Source of the DNA: Octopus sinensis
Taxonomy: Eukaryota
DNA: 64,000 bases
Reading direction: 5' to 3'
Assembly (NCBI RefSeq): GCF_006345805.1
Contig: NC_043007.1
Location: 5,332,001 to 5,396,000, forward strand
A program made the position numbers and the translations under genes. Positions 40,829 through 53,651 of this stretch are shown in pieces (the stretch's first letter is position 1; each line of letters starts with the position of its first letter). The notes under the pieces were generated by a model, which ran no database searches, was not told where the DNA came from, and was given only the letters and a program-made list of their open reading frames with translations.

Positions 40829-43800
40829 TGAAAGTGGATGGTTCAGTGGTTAAAGCATTGAGCTCATAATCATGAGGTAGTGAGTTCGATTCCTGGACAT
40901 GGCTCTGTGTTGTCTTCTTAAGCAAGACCCTTTATTTCCTGTTGCTCCAGTTCTCTCAGCTGTAGAAATGAGTTGCAACCTTACTGGTGCCAGGCTGTAT
41001 CAGCTTTTGCTTCTCCCTTGAATTACATCGGTGGCACAGAGAGGGAAGACTGGTATGCATGGGCGAATGCTGGTCTTCTGTAAACAACCTTGCCCGGACT
41101 TGTGCCTCTGATGGAAACTTTCTAGGAGCATCCCATGGCCATTCCGGACTGAAGGGGCTCTTTACCCTTTTACACACACCTACACACACACATTTATATA
41201 TATACATATATATAAATGTGCAACAGCAAAGCAACCACAGTCTGTCTTCCAGAGTTTCCTTGCAAATGACAAACTTCCAGACAAGTTGAAGGAAGGAACA
41301 ATATGCCCCCATTCATAATGTAGGGAGCAGGGCAGATGCCTAAAAACTGTAGGTTTATCCCTGTAACCTTGCATAGCAGCAAATTCAAGGAACGAATAGT
41401 CAGAAGGAAACAAATCATGTTCCTTGAAGAAAATAATCTGCTGACCGACACCCACCGTGGTGTCTGATCAAGGAGAAGCTGCCTGATACAGCCCTTAAAG
41501 CATTATGACTGGATGTTTCAACCACTCAAATGTGAATGTGATATATCTCAACTTGGTGAAAGTCTTTGATAAAGTTGGCATGATCTTAGAATAGTTGGAA
41601 AACAAGAAAAGTGGTTACATGACTTTCTGAAAGATAAAATCCAGGCAGTAGTAGCCAAAGGTACCACCTCTAAGGAAATACAAATAGTGAGTGGTGTCCT
41701 GCAGTGACACAGAGAGCCACCCTCACAATCTAGCCACAAGTGAAACAAAAATCTGATGATGTCATGCACCTTCATCAAGAGTTATGCAATATCTGGAGTC
41801 AGTGCACATACAGATTTGTATGTTTTGTTTTATGTAAGTCTTCTCATGCATATAGTTGCATATCTAGACACGCTCATGTATATTTAAATGATAAACTTCT
41901 GCAAAGTTTTACAGATTTTTACAGTTCCACTGATGGATTGGAGCTGTAGTCTTCGAATCAGCTTTCTTCTTTCTAGTTTTGACAAGCCTAATTTCTCAAG
42001 ATTGATACTTAAGAATTGTGTGTTACAGATCTCAGAGCCCCAATAATTACAGGTATAAACCTGAACTTGTAATCTGAGTAGAGTAACTGTAAATTTCTCA
42101 AGAGTTCAGCATAGATTTTTTTCTTTTTAGCCGAACTTTAACTTTATGTTAACATATACTGAGAGCAACTAATGTCTACAACTCTACACAATTTCTCTTC
42201 TCTGTCCCAAATCACTATGTCTGGTCTATTATGTTTACATTTTATTGAGGTTTGTACTGCGACATTTCACTAGTACTCCTTATTATGAGTGGCTACGGGT
42301 TCTTATTTCTTTAACCTCATACATACTTATGTGTGTGTGTGTGTACGTGTGTGTGTGTATGATATGAATGTTCAATATAGCAAAGTTTATTCAATATGTG
42401 TAACAAGAAATAGTCTGCCAATCAAATCTGACTCTTAAGATTTCTTCAAATGTCAAATGTTATTAAGACACAACAGGAAGTAAGTTGATTGTTTACTCTT
42501 TTAACCCTTTTCTTACAGGTTTGGATCCTGCAGCTCCCTATTTTGAGTCAACAGATCCCAAGGTTCATCTCGACTCAACCGATGCTGATTTTGTGGATGT
42601 CATTCACACAGACACTGGTGACATCATAGATTTCTCTCTTGGAATGAATGCTCCTGTTGGAGACGTCGATTTTTACCCCAATGGAGGACATTTCCAGCCT
42701 GGTTGTACACAATCCAAGATTCCAGGTTCAATCATCGGGGGAATCCTTAATATAATAAATAAAGCCAACGACAGTAAGTAGGTTAACTATTTTTTGGTGG
42801 ATGATATCTATTTTACGACGAAGGGAAAAAGATTATTGGCAATGAAGTAGGTGCAGTGTTGGTTGGGTAATTAGAAAACTCATTTGCAAGCGAATAGTTT
42901 CGTGTTGAATCTCCAAAATAGCAAAAATTAACAAATTCTAAAGTAATTTAATGGAAAAAAGTTGGATTATCTAATTTTGAGGTAAAAAGAAGTAACTTTT
43001 GTGACTTCTAAACATTCGGTCAATTTGACAGCTTGACCCTTTCGTTACCTTATTTCTGTTGAGATGTTCTGTGTTTCTTTCAATTAATTTTAAATACAAC
43101 AAAGAATTTAGTAAAATAACTTAGTTATCATTAAGCCAGTGTTAGGAACATAAATTGTGACTAAGGTTTGGTGGAAGATTTTAATTCAAAACTTATGGAA
43201 ACAAGACATTTGTACTCAGAGCCCCAGAGGTGGTTTCAATCAGGTTGGTATCGAAAGGGTTAAAGAACTTCTATACACCATATACAGAAATGCATCACAT
43301 ACAAAAATACATCATGTATAAAAATCTCCAAGCTGTCCCATTTATAATTATGTCCAGTTGTTGTAGAACCAACATCAAGTGCCCAACAATTAAGCAATTC
43401 ATTAGAAACAATTTTGGAACCATTATGCAAACTAGTTCCTAGTTTTATCAGAGATGAAATTCCCAAATAACATTTCAAAAATAGCAAATCTAAAGAAGAT
43501 TCTAGTTAGTTTTGATGTGATCACTCTCTATGCAAATATCCTCCATAAATTAGGATTGGAGGCAGCAGTATTCTAGATGGACGAGTATCTACACGTTTGA
43601 CAATTGAGTGGACTGGTGCAATGAGGAATAAAGTGTTTTGCTCAAGGACACAACAGGAATTGAACTCACCACTTTACGCTCATGAGCTGAATAGTTTAAC
43701 CACTAAGCCACATGTCTTCACTATAATGAGTGAGAAGAAATGACCTTTGTCATATCAAAGAACACTGATTTAGAGACTTGGAGAATTTTGATTAATTGGA

Positions 43801-44140
43801 ATTACTAATTAATGTTTTTGACTTAATTTTGATACAAAGTCAACATTGCAGGTGAGACATGTCAGCCACCTCAGTGGAACTTCTTCTTGTCATTTATTCA
43901 TTAAACTGCCATTAGTTGATGTCAATCATCATTATCGTCATCGTCTTTGGATTAATGCCTCACTTCCCATGTTTCCATGTTTACAGATTGGATTGGGGTG
44001 GCTACATGCATTTCCCGTCTTCACCTGTTTCCAAGTCAGGAAATATTTCTCCATGGCTAAACACGCTCTCCTGTAAGACTGGAAGTGAAGGAACTGCTTC
44101 TGTGATGGTGCCATTCATGAGTATTACATGACATCAAGAC

Positions 44141-44171
<31 letters not shown>

Positions 44172-46533
44172 CACACACACACACACATGCATGCATGCAC
44201 ATGCACACACACACATGTGCACATATGTGCATACATACACAACAGGTTTCTTTCAGTTTCCATTTACCCTATCCCTTTACAAGGCTTTGGTCTACCTGTG
44301 TGTCTATAGCAGAAAACACTTGTGCAAGAGGCTCTGCACTGAAACTGAACCTAAAACCTTGTGGTTTGGAAGCAAACTAAGAACTGAAAAATGAAAGAAT
44401 AACTGGAGAAAGACATGTCCAGGGATACCCATGTGTTTTATGAAACTAAATTTCTTTTCCCCATCACATTAGTTTTCTTTTATCTTTGCAGACGTTGCCA
44501 ATATATTCTCGTGCAGTCATAAAAGATCTCAATATTTTTATATTGAATCGATTAACAGTCGTTGTCCCCTCATAAGTTACCCCTGTAATACAGTTGAAGA
44601 TCTTCATAGTGGAAAATGCTTTTATTCACTTGGTCACATTGGATTGATGGGGTTTCATGCTGATAAATCCTTAGGAAGAGGCAAACAGATGCTGGAAACC
44701 TTTGCTTCCGTTCCATACTGTGGTAAGTCTTAAACTTATTGATTCTATTTCATACCATGATAAGTGATTCTGTTTAAATTTTGGTTTCTTCTAATTACAC
44801 AAATTTTTTGGAAGATATTTCTGCTTGTCATTTTTTATTTCTTACAATACCGAGACCTTTGGTATTATGTCGTGCTTGAGAAGAAGACCCATGAAGCCGA
44901 GCAAAATTGCAGTCACGGAAGATACTGGTGTCATGGAAATGGCACTCGAGCCAGTGGCACATAAAAGCACCCATCTCAGAGTGGCTGACGTTAAGAAGGG
45001 CATCCAGCTGTAGGGAACCATGCCAAATCAGACTGGAGCCTGGTGCAGCCTTCCTGCTTACCAATCCTGGTCAAACCGTCCAACACATGACAGCATGAAC
45101 AACAGACATTAAATGATGGGGAATTAATATTTTCTTACATTCACAGCTTGATTGATGCAAGTTAAGTGTGAAGGTGCAGACAAAAAATCATGACCACAAC
45201 ACTCGTAGAGTGTTGTGGTCATGATTGTAACGTGGTGGTTTCAATTCTCAGAGTGGGTGATGCACTGTGATATTGAGCAAAAACCATTTCGTTCCACGTT
45301 GCTTACGTCCACTCCAGCTGTAAAGGGATTTCTGACAACAGCTGCCAAGTGAACCCTGTCACAGACTGGCATCCCATTCGGTGGTGGTGGTGGTGGGTTG
45401 TAATTTCAGACATACACCATGGAAAATGAGTTAGGTTCCAGCCTTATGAATCCTTATGACAATCAATTTGAAATCCTCCTTGTAAAAATTTATACTGCAA
45501 TGTAAAACAAAATTAAAATTTTTTTTCATCATTGTTTCCTAATAGCATCACTTAAATGTTTATATTTTGATCTTTTACTGGCTTTCACTCATTCGATTCT
45601 GGCTGTGCTTGAGTGTTGCTTTGAATGGTTTAAGTTCATCCTATTGACACCACCCCAATAGGATGGACCCTTTTGCCAATCTTCTCTTGCTGAATGGAGT
45701 GAGACTTACTGTAATATCTTCATATGACAAGGCAGTGAGCTGGCAGAAACGTTAGCGGTATTTTGTCTGTCGCTACGTTCTGAGTTAAAATTCTGCTGAG
45801 GTAGACTTTGCCTTTCATCCTTTTGGGGTCTATTAAATAAGTACCAGTTACGCACTGCGGTCAATATAATCAACTTAATTCATTTGTCTGTCCTTGTTTG
45901 TCCCCTGTGTGTGTAGCCCCTTGTGGGTAGTAAAGAAATAGGTATTTCGTCTGTCTTTACATTCTGAGTTCAAATTCTACTGAGATCAACTTTGCCTTTA
46001 ATTCTTTCGAAGTTGATAAATTAAGTACCAATTGCATACTGGTGTCGATCTAATCGACTGGCCCCCTCTCCAAAAATTTCAAGCCTTGTACCTAGAGTAG
46101 AAAAGAATATCTTCATATGACTGGTTACTTGTACATGCCTGTGACACTTTTTGCACTTTTCATTTGCAAATCATGATTATTATGATTATTACGTAAGTCT
46201 GAGCTTCCTGAAACAGCTGTGAAGTCAAGAAACTACATATTGTCGTCATATTTCATTTTGTACTTCTATTCTGTATTGGGTGTGCTCCATGTGAATATAT
46301 TTAAATCAAACCTAACTATGTTTATTGCTATTACTACGTCTATATATGTATGTGTGTATGTGTGTGTATGTATGTGTGTGTGTATGTGTGTGTGTGCACA
46401 CATTTTACAATATATATGTTATATTATGCTTTAAAATTGTTGCAGGTAATGATGTAAATATATGCAAGCTAGCCCCACCTGGAGTTGTTCCTATGTAATA
46501 CTGTATATCTCTATCTATTTATCTGTCTATCTG

Positions 46534-46593
<60 letters not shown>

Positions 46594-49500
46594 ACTATCT
46601 ATCTATCTATCTAGGGTGAGTTTACGGAAAAAAACAAAAGACAAAGACAGGTGGTGTAGACAACAAACAGATGTATTAGTATAATGCTCAGGAATAGAAA
46701 AAGTCTTTGAATGTTTCGAGCCTATGCTCTTCTACAGAAAGGGACACAGAATAAACAAGGAGTGAAAAAAAATAGATATCTATCTGTCTGTCTGTTTGGC
46801 CATCTATGTATCTACAAATAGACACACACACACACACACACGTATGGTGGACCAATATACATAACTACGGACCAATACAAAAATGCTTGCACTCTTGCAT
46901 TCTGACTCTAATGTCATGAATATTGTCCAGACTGTATGATTTCAGTTTTCCCATAATGAAATTCCCATCAGTTTACATAATCTATCGCTGTCACAACTAG
47001 AATTATCAGCTGTAATCATACGGCAAATCTGTGTTAATTCACAGAGGATGAGATAATTCAGATTTACAGGTTCATTTGACAACTGTTTGAATGTACTAAG
47101 GATAAAAGAACGCTGACCGCAGTACAATGACCGAATCTTTGGTGTTGTGGTTCTGCTGCTTTACAGCCTGAGTTCAAATCTTGCTGTAGTCAAATTTACT
47201 TTTTATTCTTTCAGGGTGGATAAGATAATGAACCAATCACCCACTGGTAATTGTTTCATTATCTTATCATTTCAAGGCAACGAAGATAAAGAAAATGTTC
47301 GAATTGCTTTTTTGTTTTTTTTCTGACTATTATATACCGAAGTGGCCCATTTTCCTTTTTTAAGTTTGTATTAAGAGTTTTTAACTCTTATTTCTTGTGC
47401 AATGGCCCAATGGTTAGGGCAGTGGACTTGTGGTCATAGGATCTCGGTTTCGATTCCCAGACCGAGCGTTGTGAGTGTTTATTGAGCAAAAACACCTAAA
47501 GCTCCACGAGGCTCCAGCAGAGGGTGGTGGCGATCCCTGCTGTATTCTTTCACCAGAACTTTCTTTCACTCTTTTTTCTGTTGGCCTGCTTGTTTAGCCA
47601 GCGGGGTGGCGTCGTTTCAAGGCTAAAACAATGTGAAGCGCATTGTGACAACTGGATTTAGTCAAACCATTGAGTGTTTGAGTTGTCACTACTGATGAAC
47701 CTATGACTGATAGGTGAAACTAGTCTAGTGATCAAATAGGGTGGTTATCTCTCCTGTCGGTGCATATGTATTGTATGCTTCTTACAGCATTAAGAGCTCT
47801 TAACACCTATTTCTTGCAATAAAGGTGCTCCAATGCTCTCAGTTACAATTAGTGATGATAGAATTTTTACTTTATGGTCTTACATTGTCTTTAGCTGTTT
47901 ATATTTATATATATACATATAGATATATATACACATATATGTATATACATGCACACACACATACATATGCACATACATGTTTATTTATATATACACACAC
48001 ACACACACCCACATATAAGACTGCTGGTTTGGTCATGTGATGTGGATGGACACCAACAGCTCCATAAACAAGTGCTGATCTCTGAAATTAGATGGAACAT
48101 GTGGAAGGGGAGACCTCGGAAGACATGGGATGAAGTGCTCATGATGCTGAGCCTTTCAGGTAAGATGACAAAGGACCAAGATAGCTGACCCCTGTGCTGT
48201 ACTCAAGAAGACCTGTACTCTACAGCCCGGAATGTTATGGCTACCCCCACTGGGGAAGAGGATTGCCCTTTAAGGATCCTGTGCCAGGGCTCTGCTAAAA
48301 GCACCCAGCACACTCTAAAAAATTGTTGGTGTTAGGAAGGACATCCAGCTGTAGAAACATTGCCAAATCAGACTGGAGCCTGGTGCAGCTCCCTGGCTTG
48401 CCAGCTCTGGTCAAACCTTCCAATCCATGCCAGCATGGAAAATGATCATTCAAGGAATAATGAATAATAATAATTATATATATATATATGCATGTGTATG
48501 TGCGTGTGTATTTATATATATGTGTATGTGTAAGTGTGTGTGTGTGTGTGTGTGTGTACAGGCTTAGCTGTGTGGTAAGAAGCTTACCTTCCAACGACAT
48601 GATACCGGGTTCAGACCCACTGCGTGATACCTTGAGCAAGTGTCATCTACTATAGCCTCGGGCTGACCAAAGACTTGTGAGTCGATTTGGTAGACAGAAA
48701 CTGAAGGAAGCCTGTTGTATATATATACATGCAATGTTTCTTAACCAGGTTGTAAAATATGTGGAATGAATTGTGACTGATTTAGAATTGTTTACCATTT
48801 ATTGAATATGAAGACTTCTTTGCTGGTTGATCCATAAAACTTTGTTAATTCAACTTTCAAAGAAAGAAAGCTCTGCTCAACTGCATTATAGAATGTCATT
48901 GTGGTGGAAATAAAAACTTTCATTTTCATGTGATTTTTGTTATACATGCAATTGTATTGATCCAGTGTATGACAGGTATCAATTTTATTGATTGAGTAAA
49001 GAAAAAATGTATAGCAAATATTTCTAATTTTTTGTTTTTCTAACTTCAGCTTACGAATTCCAGGTAAACATATCAGGATTATCAACAATTAATGGAAAAA
49101 TCCATCTGGAATTTACTGGAGTCAAAGGCAAAAGTGAATACTTTAACATCACTGAGTAAGTGTTATCCTGGAGAGAGAGGAACTCCTAGCTTTTGCAGTT
49201 GTTTAGCTTTCTCAATTCTTGGGGCGTTTGACTCGGAGACTTTTTTCCTACAACATTAAAACAAAATACTTTTAAAAACAATAATTACATTAAAATGCCT
49301 TAGACATTACGTTAAATGGTTTTGTATGTCTAAACATGTTCAATGTTCCATTTCCTTTCAGTCAGGTTATATACAAACTATAGACTTCTGGAAATTTCCT
49401 GTCAGAAGTGATGTGTTTTACAATAATCATAATTTACTGCAGAGACAATAAAATATATTTACTACAAGTTTGGCATTTACCCCCACTCCCTTTCTCTGAG

Positions 49501-51347
49501 GGAATTTCCAAGGTAAAGAAGTACTCACATTTGTGTTCCAACATATTTATTTTGCTTGGAGTTGACTGATGTCCAATACTTCCTTTAATAATAATAATAA
49601 TGAAATTATTGTATACAGTGCTCAGATGCACCACAACTTGTCAAAAGTGCGTATAAAGTATATGCAGTAATGTACAAATGTCTGGGAAATGAACAGTGTA
49701 TGAGTCAGATACATGCTTGCGTGTGTATGGAGGGGAGAAAATCAGGTGTAGTGTTGGCGAATCTCAGGAAGCATGGAAGTTTTGAAGGATGCAGTACTCC
49801 AACAACTAACAACTGATGCCGGCAGTTTGTTTCATGCTTCAGCAACCCTTAGTATGTAAAAATGTTTCCGAAAGTCATGGAAGGAGCTGTGCTGTTTTCT
49901 GACTTTGTAAACATGTCCACGGGTGTTAGACAGATGGAGTTTGAAAAGGTGCTCAGAGTTATTGTTTGTAAGATGGTTAATAATTTTATGGGTGTCTTCC
50001 AAGTCAGTTGCCAGACGTCGGAGTTTCAATGTATCCTTGCCTAGGGAAGTAAGGCGTTCAGAATATGGCAAATGCCTGATGGAGGGTATTCTCTTGGTTG
50101 CATGACACTGAACAGCTTCCAGATGATTAATATCCTGGGCAAGATAGGGGTTCCAGACCAGTGATGCAGATTCCAGGCGAGGTCTTACCATAACTATATA
50201 AAGTCGCAGATAGATAGCCTGAGAGCAGCTCACAAAATACTTGGTGAGTGATGCCAAGACACCCTCAGCCTTCTTGCAATGGATGTGTATATTATTGTTG
50301 TTAGTATTTTGCAATTATAATTTTGAATTTCCATCGTCACATGTGACAATCTGAATTTATAATTATGTTTAATTGTGACTTTTTTTTTACCATTGTGTGT
50401 TCTCTGAAAGAATAAACAATAAAAACAAACAATCTTTAACTTACATTTAGTGGAATAAAGCTCCTATCTCCACACACACCTATTGCTGAAGTAATTAAAA
50501 GCCGCAGAGATATTGGAGAACTTCTGTATGTGGATGTATTGTATGAAGAAACTGAAAATTTTATTAAAGTATTCTTTGAGGATGACTGGAAACTGGAGTT
50601 TTTTGATGTCTTTGATGCCAGGCACCGAAAGAGGTAAGATTCACTTTGAAATATAAATTAATAAATTCTCTCCACTTTTTAGTTGTTTCCTTTACACTCT
50701 CTTTACTCTCTTTACGCTTTTACTTGTTTCAGTCATTTGACTGTGGCCATGCTGGAACACTGCCTTTAGTTGAGATAATCGAACCCAGGGTTTATTCTTT
50801 GTAAGCCTAGTACTTATTCTATCAGTCTCTTTTGCTGAACCGCTAAGTTATGGGGATGTAAACACACCACCATCGCTTGTCAAGCGATGTTGGGAGGACA
50901 AACACAGACATACAAACACATACGCACATATATACATATACATATACACGATGGGCTTCTTTCAGTTTCCGTCTACCAAATCCACTCACAAGGCTTTGGT
51001 TGGCCCAAGGCTATAGTAGAAGACACTTGCCTAAAGTGCCACGCAGTAGGACTGAACCCAGAACCATGTGGTTGGTAAGCAAGCTACTTACCACACAGCC
51101 ATTCCTACGCCTTTTTTTAAAAAAAAAAAATTCTAGCTCTGGGTTAGACAAATACATTATTGAAGCAATGTCCTGTTACTGGATGCCTTTCTTATCTGTA
51201 ATCTTTTTTTTTATCACCATTTCTTTTTGTTTTTTTTTCTTCGAAGTAATGAATCTTTATTTCTCAAGGGTTGAAACAAGCAGACAAGCAGCTCACAAAT
51301 TTTATAGCATGCAGATGTAAACAAACACACACACACACACTCACACA

Positions 51348-51432
<85 letters not shown>

Positions 51433-52263
51433 CTCACACACACACACATGCACACGCACACATCTGGTAAACTCTTTAAATTCATGTCAACCAAATCTTC
51501 TTACAAGTCTTTGGTCAGCTTATGAATATTGCAGAAGTCATTCACCCAAGATGCTTTGCAGTGGGACTGAACCCCAAACTGTGGTTAGCAAGCAAAGTTT
51601 TTAATCACGTGGTCATCATAGGGATAACAAGATTCCTTTCATTGCTATTGTTTAACCCTGAGTAAAGCCTGATTGAGAGAACCCATGATCAAAACCAGAC
51701 ACGAGATGTGACCATCTCATCTTTTATTCTGTCAGTTTTGTCTTTTCACTTCGTATGATGTGATTTGAAGGAGAGGTGGACTCTTGTTACTTGCAGCTGA
51801 TGAGAAAGTGTTGAGGCTTCCTTTGCCGGCCCAAAGTAACTTTGAAGGATATTGTTGTTGTTGCTGTTGTTGTTGTGGTTGTTGCTGAATTGGAGAGAAG
51901 AGTTTTTGTTATTTTATTTCGATAAAAACATGAGGCAAAAGCTTGATATGACGTAGCGAATCACTGGGAATAACTAGTTTCCATTTCTGGAGACAAGGAA
52001 CTCTGTAAAAGATTTTCTGCCATGATTATGAGAAATGTGGGGAGAGAGAGATAGATAGATAGATAGACAGGGAGATAGATAGGATAGAGAGATAGATAGG
52101 ATAGAGAGGGAGAGAGAGAGAGAGAGATGGGGCTGCAGTCATGCTGGAACACTGCCATATTTATGGTTTCAATTTTTTCCCTTTTTTTTAAAAAATAGTC
52201 TGGTAACACAGTAGGCAGCATGCCAGTAATCCTCATCGCCATCATCATCATCATCGTCTGTCC

Positions 52264-52314
<51 letters not shown>

Positions 52315-52319
52315 CATCC

Positions 52320-52352
<33 letters not shown>

Positions 52353-52360
52353 ATCTATCC

Positions 52361-52442
<82 letters not shown>

Positions 52443-52443
52443 T

Positions 52444-52474
<31 letters not shown>

Positions 52475-53651
52475 CTATTTATCTATCTATTTATCTATCT
52501 ATTTATCTATCTATCTTGTATACATATATCTCTAAGAGCCTCACAGAGGCGCTGACAAGTGACCAGAACTTCTAGTAATTTGCTGTGCCTGAGAAGACTT
52601 GTGAAGCCATGGGAAATCCCAGCCATGGCCAGTACCAGTGACACATAGAAGGCAGCCACTACACTGTTGGAGGGATTAGCATTAGGAAGGGCCTCCGGTC
52701 ATAGAAACCAAGCCAAATAAGACTGGAACCTGGGACAGCTCTCTGGCTTACCTGTCTAAGTCAAATCCTTTAAACCCATGCCAATATGCAAAATGGATGC
52801 TAAATGATGATGATGATGATGTGTGTGTGTGTTTGTCCCATTGCCTAAATGTGATACTTATTAATAAGAGTCACCTTTATACAAACAATGTCAGTCATAT
52901 CCACTCTTCTATGAGAATATATCTGGCCATGGAGAAATATAATGCCTTGCTTAGAATCAGGCAGGAAGGGAATCCCGCCCAATAGAAAATCTGCTTCAAT
53001 AAACTCTGTCCAACTCATGCAAACATGGAAGAACCAATGTTAAAACAATAATGATCCGTGCCGGTGGCACGTGAAAGGGCACCATTCAAGCGTGATCGTT
53101 ACCAGCATTACTTTACTGGCACCTTTACTGGTGACATGTGTAAAAGATTCGAGAGAGGTCGTTGCCAGTGTCGCTTGACTGGCCCCCGTGCCAGTGGCAC
53201 GTGAAAAGCACCCACTACACTCTTGGAGTGGTTGGCATTAGGAAGGGCATCCAGCTGTAGAAACTCTGCCAGATCAAGATTGGTTCACCAGCTCTCAGTC
53301 AAAATCGTCCAACCCATGCTAGCATGGAAAGCGGACGTTAAACGATGATGATGATGAGGCTGTTGAGATAGATGGGAATGGCTCTCAGTCTGAATATCAG
53401 CTGTTTGTTGAGAGGGAGTTTGGGTTAGAATCTGGGTTGTGGTTTTCTCATATTGGTTCAGTCAAATATATTACTGGTATTGTAATATTGTTGCTTTCCT
53501 GTTTGTTGTTCCTGTGGTTGCTGATTGTTATAACCAATAATATGTTTACAGATATACGTTTTGTGTGAAAAATCTGAAGATCACATCGAAAAAGACCAGG
53601 AGATTTGATGTCAGGAATCCTTGTCCAAAGAAAATAATTCAAAATTACTAA
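27881..53651 (+). CDS. Pancreatic lipase-related protein, paralog 2 (complete, secreted, 486 aa): join(27881-27935,31535-31673,33344-33506,35392-35620,42519-42773,44492-44722,49050-49155,50451-50633,53552-53651)
   Basis: Exons sum to 1461 nt (487 codons including stop) with no internal stop; all introns GT-AG. Signal peptide MKFFLCFTILFNIFFIVEG; VCYGELGCF; IIHGF; GHSLG; GLDPAAP; CSHKR; PLAT domain. Confidence 0.94.
28213..30031 (+). mobile_element. CR1-like LINE (APE C-terminus, internal deletion, RT, (TAAC)n tail) in lipase 2 intron 1
   Basis: GDFN...SDH endonuclease motifs; NYRPVSLTS; FADDVKL; WNKLP; ends aactaactaactaac. Confidence 0.9.
30826..31200 (+). mobile_element. tRNA-derived SINE, family B (tandem dimer)
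   Basis: ggcgagctggtagaagcgttagcacgcc...ttctgagttcaaattcc. Copies at 15448-15685(-), 16385-16598(-), 45732-46105(+) and 62755-62940(+). Confidence 0.75.
31535..31673 (+). CDS. Lipase 2 exon 2 (FLDFEVCYGELGCFSNGGEF...QFFLYT)
   Basis: atag|gt ... ag|gtatac; typical N-terminal CY..LGCF motif. Confidence 0.93.
32520..32850 (-). mobile_element. RTE 3'-UTR-derived element
   Basis: catcatcatcgtttaacgtccgctttccatgctagcatggg... is the reverse complement of the 57.7 kb tail. Confidence 0.75.
33344..33506 (+). CDS. Lipase 2 exon 3 (KNPYNAS...SNFNGKRPTKFIIHGFQSSGGFPWVKELVKELLIH)
   Basis: attag|a ... cat|gtacgt; oxyanion HGF motif. Confidence 0.93.
33686..33769 (-). ncRNA. Type I hammerhead motif (left arm of inverted repeat, antisense)
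   Basis: Reverse complement: tgg CTGAAGA ttgct...agcat GAAA cgatt GTA cct. Confidence 0.55.
33931..34014 (+). ncRNA. Type I hammerhead motif (right arm of inverted repeat)
   Basis: tgg CTGAAGA ttgct...agcat GAAA caatc GTA cca. Confidence 0.65.
34735..35140 (-). mobile_element. RTE 3'-UTR-derived element
   Basis: Same family as 32520-32850. Confidence 0.75.
35392..35620 (+). CDS. Lipase 2 exon 4 (DDYNVIVVDW...GHSLGAHTAGYAGERIANLSRIS)
   Basis: ttttag|gat ... tctg|gtgatt. Confidence 0.95.
35839..37752. repeat. 37-bp minisatellite, about 50 copies (tgggatggtgcagttattgggatgttgctctcacaac)
   Basis: Read directly; head-to-tail with no spacers and occasional indels; lies in lipase 2 intron 4. Confidence 0.97.
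38945..39348 (-). mobile_element. tRNA-derived SINE, family A
   Basis: Reverse complement of the 20749 element. Confidence 0.8.
39370..39586 (+). mobile_element. Helitron 3' part (same family as 22654-23017)
   Basis: Colinear sequence; hairpin gacccggc-gtt-gtcgggtc, then gCTAG|t. Confidence 0.7.
40306..40705 (+). mobile_element. tRNA-derived SINE, family A
   Basis: Near-identical to the 20749 element. Confidence 0.8.
41270..41800 (+). mobile_element. Highly degenerate CR1-like RT fragment
   Basis: Remnants of RSCL, VKVFDKV and SGVLQ motifs with stops and frameshifts. Confidence 0.6.
42519..42773 (+). CDS. Lipase 2 exon 5 (GLDPAAPYF...DFYPNGGHFQPGC, lid)
   Basis: ttacag|gt ... gaca|gtaagt. 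Confidence 0.95.
43290..43595 (+). mobile_element. Penelope-like RT fragment, degenerate
   Basis: LVSFDVITLYANILHKLGLEA (43502-43565), matching the PLE motif SFDVxSLYTNIP. Confidence 0.65.
44492..44722 (+). CDS. Lipase 2 exon 6 (VANIFSCSHKRSQYFYIESINSRCP...GFHADKSLGRG...PYC)
   Basis: Manual translation; ttgcag|ac ... tgtg|gtaagt. Confidence 0.94.
45732..46105 (+). mobile_element. SINE, family B (dimer)
   Basis: Colinear with the 30826 element. Confidence 0.7.
47396..47650 (+). mobile_element. tRNA-derived SINE, family C
   Basis: Matches 7545-7850 in reverse. Confidence 0.75.
47687..47730 (+). ncRNA. Minimal type I hammerhead ribozyme, consensus core, GUC cleavage after 47725
   Basis: cacta CTGATGA acctat-gactg-ataggt GAAA cta GTC tagtg: perfect stems I and II, palindromic stem III ACTAGT. 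Confidence 0.85.
49050..49155 (+). CDS. Lipase 2 exon 7 (YEFQVNISGLSTINGKIHLEFTGVKGKSEYFNIT)
   Basis: Manual translation; ttcag|ct ... ga|gtaagt. Confidence 0.9.
49830..50300 (-). mobile_element. CR1-like LINE 3' fragment
   Basis: ORF 49832..50314: VRPRLESASLVWNPY...YSERL...TRGHVYKV. Confidence 0.85.
50451..50633 (+). CDS. Lipase 2 exon 8, PLAT (GIKLLSPHTP...DIGELLYVDVLYEE...DDWKLEFFDVFDARHRK)
   Basis: Manual translation; atttag|t ... ag|gtaaga. Confidence 0.9.
50690..51110 (-). mobile_element. tRNA-derived SINE, family A
   Basis: Reverse complement of the 20749 element. Confidence 0.8.
52260..52515. repeat. (TATC)n microsatellite
   Basis: Read directly; similar arrays at ~6945, 19810, 34655 and 46510. 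Confidence 0.95.
53552..53651 (+). CDS. Lipase 2 last coding exon (YTFCVKNLKITSKKTRRFDVRNPCPKKIIQNY*)
   Basis: ttacag|a, correct phase; aligns to last exon of paralog 1. Confidence 0.88.
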
